Shown here one piece after another: positions 50,081 through 58,709 of a DNA stretch of 64,000 bases (position 1 is its first letter; the number at the start of each line of letters is the position of its first letter). The notes below the pieces were generated by a model. The model ran no database searches, had not been told where the DNA came from, and saw only the letters and a list, made by a program, of their open reading frames with translations. Location of the stretch: assembly GCA_049322575.1 (NCBI GenBank), contig JBMORQ010000027.1, forward strand, positions 87,081-151,080, given 5' to 3'. The position numbers and the translations under genes are program-made. The stretch is from Patescibacteria group bacterium (GTDB lineage Bacteria; Patescibacteriota; Microgenomatia; UBA1400; PJMF01).

Positions 50081-51097
50081 CTAATTTGTCACGGTTATAT
50101 TAACCTTTGCCAAGACATTGCTTGCTGAGGTGGTACCTCGAGCGTTTTTGGCTTCAATAACGGTCTGGTAATTGCAACTTGGACCTCCACAAGTATAAAC
50201 ATGCTCGGCGCTACCCTGCAAGTCGGTAAACTGGGCTTGCTGACCGTCACCATAATAAAGCGTGATAGTAGTGCCACCTTTCACTTCAACTTTTGAGTCA
50301 GCTGACATAAAACTTTCCAAAAATGTCAGCATTGTGTAAATCACACCATCCATGCCGTTGAGCTGCTGTCCAAGATCTTCGCTAGTTTGATTGTCACTCG
50401 CCATGTATGAAAAAGTCACCAATTCGCCAGAGTGAACAGTTAGATTACGTGTTCTTGTGTCAAAAAAAGGATTAGTGTTAAAAGACAGAACCACTGGCCT
50501 CGACAAGCAACTTTGATAACAAGACTTTGGACAATCTGTCACGCCCAATAACTGATCACCATCTCCCAGCTCAAAGTCATCCATGCAACACTGAAAACCA
50601 AAACCTCCACAACTGGCGGTTGGCCCTGGCGGAATGGTAGACTCAAGGCTATCTCCATACACAGATTTTATTTGCTTTCCCTCAACTATGACCATTGCTT
50701 TTCTACCTAAAACTGAAAGCGTAACACCACTTAACTCACTGTCCCAAATAATGCCTGATTTACCAGGTTCTTTTTTGATGAAAGGCTTGAGTTTGACCGT
50801 CTCGATCTCAATCGGACTGAGCCGATACTGACTGCAAATCGCCTCGATGACGTATTCATTATCAGATATGAAACGCAACTGAAAACTCACCAAATCGTCA
50901 TCGGCTGATGAGCCACCCATCAACAAGCATTCGTTGACATAGGAGCCATTGTTTTCAACTAACTTAATCCTGTTTAAGCCCTGCTTTACTTGATTTACAC
51001 CGATAAAGAGCATTACCTCGCGCATCACTAACGAAATTACTATTCCAAACAAAGTCAGAGTCACAAAGAAACTAAAGAAGAATCTTAAGATACGCAT
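50081..51097 (-). CDS. Membrane-anchored Cys-rich protein with PKD-like C-terminus
   Basis: N-terminal TM; CGGFGFQCC...CPKSCYQSC; YYGDG...HVY. Confidence 0.7.
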   Translation of the reverse strand: MRILRFFFSFFVTLTLFGIVISLVMREVMLFIGVNQVKQGLNRIKLVENNGSYVNECLLMGGSSADDDLVSFQLRFISDNEYVIEAICSQYRLSPIEIETVKLKPFIKKEPGKSGIIWDSELSGVTLSVLGRKAMVIVEGKQIKSVYGDSLESTIPPGPTASCGGFGFQCCMDDFELGDGDQLLGVTDCPKSCYQSCLSRPVVLSFNTNPFFDTRTRNLTVHSGELVTFSYMASDNQTSEDLGQQLNGMDGVIYTMLTFLESFMSADSKVEVKGGTTITLYYGDGQQAQFTDLQGSAEHVYTCGGPSCNYQTVIEAKNARGTTSASNVLAKVNITVTN

Positions 51098-51107
51098 ATC
51101 AAGATCA

Positions 51108-51266
51108 TAGACTTATAAAAATAAGTATATCTTAAATTTTGCTTAAACATCTAGGGGTAATGCTAGAGTAACTGATACACATGAATAGTGTTTTCTTGAG
51201 AGATAAAGACTTTTGTGGCACTCTATGCCAGTTTTGTCATAAAAGTGTTGTTTCACTTCAAGTCTA
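51108..51266 (+). mobile_element. MITE-like repeat copy E (159 bp, diverged)
   Basis: TAGACTTATAAAAATA ... CAGTTTTGTCATAAAAGTGTTGTTTCACTTCAAGTCTA; same length as A/B/D. Confidence 0.68.
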
Positions 51267-51311
51267 TTGTGCTACAAAGCTTGTGTCTGTAGCAAAAGCC
51301 AAAAATGAAAC

Positions 51312-52133
51312 TCATACTGAGATTAGGTGCATATACCAATCCCAAATCTGATTTCCCCAAAGTAAAGCAATCGTCGTGCTTATAACTAAAAAGGGTCCAA
51401 AAGGCACCACCTGACCAAGTTTTTTCTTTTTTAGAACTAACAACACAACTCCCACCAGTCCTCCCAACAGAAATGATAGAAAAATCGCCACTAAGATTTT
51501 TGGCCAGCCCAGAATTAAGGCCAAGGGAACAGCTAGCTTCACGTCGCCAAATCCAAAACCCTTACCCTTGGTGAAAAACCACAAAGAGTAGAAAAATGCT
51601 ACTAAGCCAACCATACAAAAAACAGCAATTGCTAAATCCTCAAACCTCATCACCCCCAATATCACCAAAGCAAAGCGATAGAGTAGGGTGATAAACGTCA
51701 GCAAACCCACAGCTAGATCAGGAATTATATAGTACTTGAGGTCAGCCACCAGAATCACCAACAAGAGAATTGCCACGATTAGCCAAAAGAAGGGCTGTAC
51801 AAGATGCAGTGGTTGAGTTGTTAAACGGAAAAACAACGAGCCAGCCCAAAACCACCAGACAAACAAAGAACCGGTTAATAACTCTACTACCGGATGGATG
51901 ATGCCTATCGGTGCACGACAATTTCTACAACGCCCAGCCAGTACTAAAAAAGAAACTAAGGGAATATTGTCGAACCAAGCAATTTGTTTTTGGCATTTTT
52001 CGCATTTTGAGCGACCCGCTACCCACGACTCACCCTCAACCGTACGGTAAACAAAAACATTTAAAAAACTGCCTATTGAAGCACCTAAAAAAAATAAAAA
52101 ACCACTAACCAACAAAAACACTGGATCAAACAT
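51312..52133 (-). CDS. pilD: Prepilin peptidase
   Basis: GSFLNV, RSKCEKC...GRCRNC, DLKYYIIPD, GFGDVKL, PFGPFL. Confidence 0.95.
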   Translation of the reverse strand: MFDPVFLLVSGFLFFLGASIGSFLNVFVYRTVEGESWVAGRSKCEKCQKQIAWFDNIPLVSFLVLAGRCRNCRAPIGIIHPVVELLTGSLFVWWFWAGSLFFRLTTQPLHLVQPFFWLIVAILLLVILVADLKYYIIPDLAVGLLTFITLLYRFALVILGVMRFEDLAIAVFCMVGLVAFFYSLWFFTKGKGFGFGDVKLAVPLALILGWPKILVAIFLSFLLGGLVGVVLLVLKKKKLGQVVPFGPFLVISTTIALLWGNQIWDWYMHLISV

Positions 52134-52252
52134 AAACTTAGTATATTAGACTTTAAAGTAAATACAAACAAGCGGTTGAGTTTTTTTTAAGAATCGGCAA
52201 AAAACTAGAGAAAACCTAAGGACAAAGCTGCTCAACCAAAAGCTTAACAAAC

Positions 52253-52278
52253 AAAAAACCCCGCCGAAGCGGGGTTTT
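52253..52278 (-). terminator. Intrinsic terminator after the major pilin gene
   Basis: AAAACCCCGC-ttcg-GCGGGGTTTTTT on the - strand. Confidence 0.9.
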
Positions 52279-52298
52279 ATCAACAAATTTTAAAACTT

Positions 52299-52904
52299 TT
52301 ATGGCAAGCAGATCATTTCTGTTGTCCAGTCAGCTACAGCTGGAGCTGTGTAATCAGCGCCATCAACACAGGCACCTGCCGGCAAACTGGCATTTGTACC
52401 ACAAGCCTTCATCGCCTCAAGTTTGAACTGATTTGAGGATGGGGTGAAGCAAACCGAGATATCACCGTCTTCTGGCTTAATTAGATTCAACACGTTATTA
52501 GCACTCGTGCCATTTAACTGATCGATAAATGATTGCTTTACTTCTTCGGTGTCAGCAAGTAACTGCAACCATGTTGGCTCTGTTGAGTCTCCGCCAATCG
52601 TACAATATCCATTTACAATGGTAAGACAAGTTGCGCTGCCGTCAAAAGGGTAAAGGGTAGCAGGCAAATTATCCTCTCCTTGATTCCATGGATACTCCTC
52701 CTGAATTGCATAGTAACGATCGATAGCATTGAGCAACTGGGCAGCGTTAGAACGAAGCCTGGTGTCACGACCCTTGTTAATTTGTTCGATTGGGTTAATC
52801 GAAGCCAAAACAGCCACGGCTAAAACACCAATCACGGCAATAACCACCAGAAGCTCAATCATGGTAAAACCAGCTGACCTTCTGAGGTGAGATAGTAATT
52901 TCAT
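52299..52904 (-). CDS. Probable major type IV pilin
   Basis: AG|FTMIELLVVIAVIGVLA; strong SD GGAGGAGG; own terminator. Confidence 0.88.
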   Translation of the reverse strand: MKLLSHLRRSAGFTMIELLVVIAVIGVLAVAVLASINPIEQINKGRDTRLRSNAAQLLNAIDRYYAIQEEYPWNQGEDNLPATLYPFDGSATCLTIVNGYCTIGGDSTEPTWLQLLADTEEVKQSFIDQLNGTSANNVLNLIKPEDGDISVCFTPSSNQFKLEAMKACGTNASLPAGACVDGADYTAPAVADWTTEMICLP

Positions 52905-53000
52905 ATATTCCTCCTCCAACTTTTTCTGTTTACACTTTACACTACTTCCACAACTCGACGCAAGAGTTTATTTTGCCTTCAGTTTTGTCCTAAATTTGGA

Positions 53001-53165
53001 TAGTCTTCTCTCGAAATAAAAATTACTGGTAAAAAACTAATTTCGACAGTGCAAAGATGATCCTGGCATGACAAAAACTATTTTTATTCAATAGACTTGC
53101 TGTGGAATAAGATTTTGAATAGAAAAAAATACTACGCAGAAAGTCTGATTTTTACAGCAAGTAGT
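53001..53165 (+). mobile_element. Two adjacent degenerate MITE-like copies (about 53001-53090 and 53092-53165)
   Basis: TAGTCTTCTCTCGAAATAAAAATTACTGGTAAAAAACT; TAGACTTGCTGT...ACAGCAAGT inverted ends. Confidence 0.5.
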
Positions 53166-53200
53166 TGAACAAAAAAAACAAACCGGGCAGTAAAAGAGCC

Positions 53201-54403
53201 CTAGAATTGCGAAGTTAAATTGTAGATCGGCATAATAATGGCGATCACAATCATTCCTACACCAACACCCAAGACAATCATAATCATAGGCTCCAAGGCT
53301 GTTGTTAGGTTTTTGATAGCGTGCTCACTTTCTGATTCAAAATATGCTGAGAGTTTAAGCAAAATGTCGGTCAGTTTACCTGTTTCCTCACCCACAGCCA
53401 CCATCTGATTGAGAATAGATGGGAAAATTTCATGGCGTGCTATCGCCTGCGATAAAGCGACACCCTTCTCAACTCGCTTAGCTGATTCCTTGATAGCCTC
53501 ACGGTAGGTAACGCTCGTCATGGCCTCACCAACTACCTCCAATGCCTCAAGCAATGAAACACCGGCTCCAAGTAGCAGGGCCAGGGTACGGGAGAACTCC
53601 GTCAAAATGATCTTGGTGCGAACAGATCCATAGATCGGTACTTTTCCCAACCAACCATCAATGATCCGATCTCCGACCTCGGTCTTTTTCCAACTGCGCA
53701 GTGCCGAGAAACCTAGCACACCCAAACCAATAAAAACATACCAATAAGTGGACATTACATTTGAAACAGAGATAAGAATTTGGGTGGGAAGTGGCAAATC
53801 AGCTCCAAAATCTTTGTACATCGCCGTTAGCTGGGGAACGACAAAAACCATCATTACAAATGCCACTGCAACCATTGCCAAGACAATTATTACTGGATAA
53901 ATCAAAGCTCCCTTGGTTTTTTCACGAAACTCCTTGTCTTTCTCCATGGTATCTGCTAAACGTTGCAAAACTCCATCCAACATACCTCCAACTTCACCAG
54001 CCCTTACCAGTTGAATATAAACGCGAGAGAACGTTCCATTGGCCTTCTCCAGAGCTGTAGAAAAAGTACCTCCACCCTCGATTTCTTTTAGGAGATTTCC
54101 AATCAAGCGCCCCATCTCAGTTGTGCTTTGTTCTTCAAGAATCGACAGAGCTGTTGCCAAGGGAAGACCAGCATTTATCATGGTTGCTAGCTGACGAGTA
54201 AAGTTCACCAAATCACCATGCTTGATACCGCCTAGGATACTTTTCAAACCAAGAAAGCTCTCCTCACCAAGTGGCTTGACACTAATCACTAGTAAGTGGC
54301 GCTCCCCTAAAACGGCTGCTGCCTGGGATTGGGAAGAGGCCTCGACTTTTCCCTTAATCGGCTCTCCCAATTCATTTTTGGCGGTATATTTAAAAATTGG
54401 CAT
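53201..54403 (-). CDS. pilC: Type IV pilus platform protein PilC
   Basis: FTRQLATMINAGLPL, AGEVGG, ALIYP, VGEETG, LEP. Confidence 0.95.
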   Translation of the reverse strand: MPIFKYTAKNELGEPIKGKVEASSQSQAAAVLGERHLLVISVKPLGEESFLGLKSILGGIKHGDLVNFTRQLATMINAGLPLATALSILEEQSTTEMGRLIGNLLKEIEGGGTFSTALEKANGTFSRVYIQLVRAGEVGGMLDGVLQRLADTMEKDKEFREKTKGALIYPVIIVLAMVAVAFVMMVFVVPQLTAMYKDFGADLPLPTQILISVSNVMSTYWYVFIGLGVLGFSALRSWKKTEVGDRIIDGWLGKVPIYGSVRTKIILTEFSRTLALLLGAGVSLLEALEVVGEAMTSVTYREAIKESAKRVEKGVALSQAIARHEIFPSILNQMVAVGEETGKLTDILLKLSAYFESESEHAIKNLTTALEPMIMIVLGVGVGMIVIAIIMPIYNLTSQF

Positions 54404-54433
54404 ATTTTTTTACCTTCGTTAACCAACCCGTTG

Positions 54434-55489
54434 CTAACCACCGAGCAAACGATGCATCTCCTCGGGTCGGAACGATTTAGCAATTGCTGTGTCCTTGGTA
54501 ATTATTCCTTGTTGAACCAATTGCATGAGGTGGTTCTCGATCAGCATCATGCCTCCCACAGCTGACGTCTGGATCACATTGTCAATCTGGTGGGCCTTGG
54601 CTTCTCGGATCAAATTGCGAATGGCGCTATTGGCCACCATAATTTCAAACGCCGCAAAACGCCCTCCGTCCACTCTTGAAACCAGACGCTGAGACACAAC
54701 CATCTTGATCGTGCCAGCCAACTGTTGACGGATCTGTCCTTGCTGATTGGCTGGAAAAACATCGATCATACGATCGATTGTCTGAGCGGCAGTAGCCGTA
54801 TGCAGAGTGGCAAAAACCAAATGACCAGTTTCGGCGATAGTAATAGCCGAGGCAATGGTTTCGTAGTCACGCATTTCACCAACCAAAACCACGTCTGGGT
54901 CCTCCCGCAAAACCGAGCGCAGAGAAATATCCCAGCTATTGGTGTCTTGATTTATCTCACGTTGTGAAATAACGCTTTGTTTGGGTGTGTAAACAAACTC
55001 TATTGGATCCTCGATAGTTACAATGTGGTCAGGGCGGGTGGCATTAATTTCATCGATAACCGCTGCCAGAGTTGTTGATTTGCCTTCTCCCGTGGGACCA
55101 GTGACCAAGATTAGACCTTGATTGAACTGACTGACCTGATGAAAGATCGGCGGCAAACTCAACTCATCAATACTTTTAATGCGTGCAGGAATCAAGCGCA
55201 AAGCAGCCGAAAGATGACCCTTGGCGTGATAGACATTGACGCGGAAACGACCTTGATCGCTAAATTGATAACCAAAATCCAGTTCCTTGTTCACTTTTAC
55301 GTAATCACGCTGGTTCTGAGACATGAGTGGAAAAATCAAGGCTTTGGCACCCTCATCATCAAGAGGGGTCATGCCTTCAACAGCAGCCAAACGACCATCG
55401 ATACGAATCATGGGTGGACTGCCAACCACGATGTGTAGATCTGAGCCTCCTTGAATTACTAGCATTTGTAAAATGTCTTGAATTTCCAT
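54434..55489 (-). CDS. pilT: Retraction ATPase PilT
   Basis: GPTGEGKST, TIEDPIE, LREDPD..GEMRD, AIRNLIRE. Confidence 0.96.
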   Translation of the reverse strand: MEIQDILQMLVIQGGSDLHIVVGSPPMIRIDGRLAAVEGMTPLDDEGAKALIFPLMSQNQRDYVKVNKELDFGYQFSDQGRFRVNVYHAKGHLSAALRLIPARIKSIDELSLPPIFHQVSQFNQGLILVTGPTGEGKSTTLAAVIDEINATRPDHIVTIEDPIEFVYTPKQSVISQREINQDTNSWDISLRSVLREDPDVVLVGEMRDYETIASAITIAETGHLVFATLHTATAAQTIDRMIDVFPANQQGQIRQQLAGTIKMVVSQRLVSRVDGGRFAAFEIMVANSAIRNLIREAKAHQIDNVIQTSAVGGMMLIENHLMQLVQQGIITKDTAIAKSFRPEEMHRLLGG

Positions 55490-55490
55490 A

Positions 55491-57683
55491 TTAAACCTCC
55501 GCCACTCTCTTAACCTCCTCGATGGTAGTTAGACCATCAAGTGCCTTGATATAACCGTCTTGCTTCATAAAAAGCATACCATTTTTTACTGCCACTTTCT
55601 CGAGGTCGCCCGCAGGGCGTCGTTCCATAATTAAATGACTGATTTCCTCAGTAATTTTCATGACCTCGTAAATACCAATACGTCCCTTGTATTCCGGTTC
55701 AGTGTGAGGACGATCCTCCTTTGGCCTAAAAAGGGTTATCTCATCAGGTTTTTTGTTATGTTGCTTACACCAACTATCAAATTTTTCTCCTAAGACTTGT
55801 TTAACATCGTTTATCACTGCCTCGTCTGGCTTATATTCCTCGCGATAATCCTGATTGATTTTTCTCACCACACGCTGAGCCATAGCTAAAGTCATTGATG
55901 ATGCAAGCAAAAAGGGCTCAGCTCCCATATCGAGTAAACGAGGCAAAGCACCGGCTGCAGAGTTGGTGTGCAGGGTAGAGAACACTAAATGCCCTGTTAA
56001 AGATGCCTGGATAGCAAGCTCAGCAGTTTCACTATCACGAATCTCTCCAACCATGATGATGTTGGGATCCTGACGCAAGAAAGAACGTAAACCGTTGGCA
56101 AAAGTCAGACCAGCCTGAGGATTAATTTGCACTTGGTTAACACCTGGCACCTGATACTCAACCGGATCCTCAAGAGTCATGATGTTGACCTTGGCGGTAT
56201 TGATAATGTGTAACACAGAATATAAGGTAGTCGTCTTACCTGAACCGGTTGGACCTGTGACCAAGACAATTCCATGCGGAACTTTTATGGCTTCCCGTAA
56301 GTCTCGTAAAGCCATGCCGGTTAGGCCAAGTTCTTCCAAGGTAGGGGCAGCTACGTCTTTTTTAAGCAACCGCATCACGACTTTTTCACCATGAATGGTG
56401 GGTAGGGTAGAGACACGCAAATCAACTTCTTGGTTATCACTCGCGTAGTTAAAGCGTCCATCTTGAGGGATACGTTTTTCATCAATCTTGAGGTTGGTTA
56501 AAATCTTAATACGAGAAACCACCGCGTCATGGACCGTCTTTGGCAAGATCAGACGCTCAGTTAAAATGCCATCGATGCGATAGCGCACCCTAGTGCGACC
56601 AATCAATGGCTCAATATGAACATCCGAAGCCCTGGATCGCATCGCAAAATCCAAAATCGTCTCTACAATGCGGTTAATTGGGGCAGCTCTAACTACGCCT
56701 CCAGATAACTCAGATAGATCTTGTTGCTGGCGACGACGCTCAATTTCTTGAGGTGCTTCTTGCAAAGCTTGGGTAACTTCAGATGAGAGATTCTGTGAAT
56801 AGCGCTCAGCAATTACTCGGTCTAGCTCTGAGGGCATAGCATAGAAGGGAATGATCTCGCAACCAGTTTTTTGACGAATAAAATCAATCGCCACCAAATC
56901 CATGGGGTTTTCCATGGCGACATTGAGGCTATTGTTCTGCTTATCCCAAGCAAAAGGGAAAAGTTTGTAACGCCTGGCTACGCTTTCATCGACCTTATTA
57001 ATCGCCTCAGGCGACATACCCGTTTCAGAAATTTTAATGTAGGGTATGTTATAGATTTCAGCCTTCGCCTTAGTGATTGTCTCCTCACTGACCTGCTGCT
57101 GATCTCGAAGGATATCCTCGATTGCTTTGCCGGTGCTTAAATGTTCTTGGTTGATTTTTACAACGTCTGCCTGGCTAAGTAAGTTCTTTTCGAGCAATAC
57201 CTCAACGACAGTTTTCTGACCCACAGTGTTGCTCTGTCCGTCCGAGTCAGAAGCCACCTTGGGGTTAGTTGGAGACGATGTACTAACCAAATTGCCTACC
57301 TCTGATTGACCTGGGTTCTGACTTGAATCTGCTGATGTCTGACTGGATTGGTCAACGATTACCACAGGCGCATCCGCACTTGCCCCGGCCGACTCCAACT
57401 GAGTAGCAATATTTTCTGAAAGACTCTCAACTTCCTCTGGAGATATTGATTGGTTACCTGCCGCCATATCCAACCCCAGACCAAGACCCTGACTTGATTG
57501 AGGTAGCTGATTAGATTCTGTAGAACCAGTAACACTAATCTGCTCTGAAAATTCCGAACCAGAGGGATCCGAGACCGAAGAACTCATCGAAGGAGCTAAA
57601 ACAGATGAAACAACATTTCCTCCCATAGATGGAGGACTAATCGGAGGCACCTTGACTGGTGAGTTTTGGACAGGCTCAGTCAT
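55491..57683 (-). CDS. pilB: Extension ATPase PilB with long disordered N-terminus
   Basis: ASDVHIEP, PQDGR, GPTGSGKTTT, LRQDP..GEIRD, STLHTN. Confidence 0.95.
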   Translation of the reverse strand: MTEPVQNSPVKVPPISPPSMGGNVVSSVLAPSMSSSVSDPSGSEFSEQISVTGSTESNQLPQSSQGLGLGLDMAAGNQSISPEEVESLSENIATQLESAGASADAPVVIVDQSSQTSADSSQNPGQSEVGNLVSTSSPTNPKVASDSDGQSNTVGQKTVVEVLLEKNLLSQADVVKINQEHLSTGKAIEDILRDQQQVSEETITKAKAEIYNIPYIKISETGMSPEAINKVDESVARRYKLFPFAWDKQNNSLNVAMENPMDLVAIDFIRQKTGCEIIPFYAMPSELDRVIAERYSQNLSSEVTQALQEAPQEIERRRQQQDLSELSGGVVRAAPINRIVETILDFAMRSRASDVHIEPLIGRTRVRYRIDGILTERLILPKTVHDAVVSRIKILTNLKIDEKRIPQDGRFNYASDNQEVDLRVSTLPTIHGEKVVMRLLKKDVAAPTLEELGLTGMALRDLREAIKVPHGIVLVTGPTGSGKTTTLYSVLHIINTAKVNIMTLEDPVEYQVPGVNQVQINPQAGLTFANGLRSFLRQDPNIIMVGEIRDSETAELAIQASLTGHLVFSTLHTNSAAGALPRLLDMGAEPFLLASSMTLAMAQRVVRKINQDYREEYKPDEAVINDVKQVLGEKFDSWCKQHNKKPDEITLFRPKEDRPHTEPEYKGRIGIYEVMKITEEISHLIMERRPAGDLEKVAVKNGMLFMKQDGYIKALDGLTTIEEVKRVAEV

Positions 57684-57729
57684 CACTAAAGCTCTACAAA
57701 GACAAACAAGCCAAGAAAAGCTTGTTCGG

Positions 57730-57785
57730 CTAACTCGTAGCAAAATCTTATCTTGAAATAGTTCTGTTTATTCGCTACAAGTCTA
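57730..57785 (+). mobile_element. Short MITE-like copy
   Basis: TAACTCGTAGCAAAAT ... ATTCGCTACAAGTCTA. Confidence 0.6.
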
Positions 57786-57839
57786 ATAATATTATCAATA
57801 TAATGACATACCCCTAGCCCAAAAAAAAGTCCAAAACTC

Positions 57840-58619
57840 ATGGTGAAAGTACCGCAAAAACCCAAACAAGAATCACTATTGCTAGAGTGTCACAATGATG
57901 ACGACCATTTTCTGTACGCCGGCCGCTTTTTGGTTGAGACATACGGCCCAACTTGGCAGAGCCACAACAACCCCAATCTCGATTGGATCAACCAGGAAAA
58001 CGACTCACTAAAAATAGACCAAATCAGAGCAATGTCAAAGCAACTAGCTTTTGGTACAGGACAACATCGTGTCACCATCATTCTTTATGCAGATAAAGCA
58101 ACCTTAGCTGCACAAAATGCTTTGCTTAAAATCCTAGAAGAACCACCGAGGCTTACAACGATCCTGTTAACTTTCAGTCAAATTAACAAGTTACTGCCAA
58201 CTGTCATCTCTCGTTGCCGGTTAATAAGAAAATCCAGTACCGGAATTGATCGATCACAAATAATTGAGAATCTGCAACAAGACAACACTAATGCTTCTGG
58301 CCATCTCACTGAACTAACAATTTTGTCTTTTATTGAAAAATTATTCGACAAACAGCCACCGAGTTACGGCGAGACAATTGCCTTTGTTGAAGAACAATTG
58401 AAGGAAAAAGAGCTATCCTCTGATGCCTTACAGGAATTGCAAAAAGCACTTGAAAAACAAAAAATCTTACCCGGCAATGCCAACAGATTACATCAATATG
58501 CCAAAATTCAACAAAAAGCTCTAAACTGTCTGACAATGCTGGGTCAGAATGTCAACGCAAAATTAGCTCTGGAACATTTTTTGTTCAGTTGCAAGAAAAT
58601 TGCTCAAGAAAGCCCATGA
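57840..58619 (+). CDS. holB: DNA polymerase III delta-prime-like subunit
   Basis: KIDQIR, AAQNALLKILEEPP, LLPTVISRC. Confidence 0.85.
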   Translation: MVKVPQKPKQESLLLECHNDDDHFLYAGRFLVETYGPTWQSHNNPNLDWINQENDSLKIDQIRAMSKQLAFGTGQHRVTIILYADKATLAAQNALLKILEEPPRLTTILLTFSQINKLLPTVISRCRLIRKSSTGIDRSQIIENLQQDNTNASGHLTELTILSFIEKLFDKQPPSYGETIAFVEEQLKEKELSSDALQELQKALEKQKILPGNANRLHQYAKIQQKALNCLTMLGQNVNAKLALEHFLFSCKKIAQESP

Positions 58620-58709
58620 AATCTATTAAAAACGGTCTTTAACGAACTTGCCTAACCAAAATGATGTTTGAAATTGACTCTTAAGTGTGATACAAAGAAT
58701 CTCTTAATT

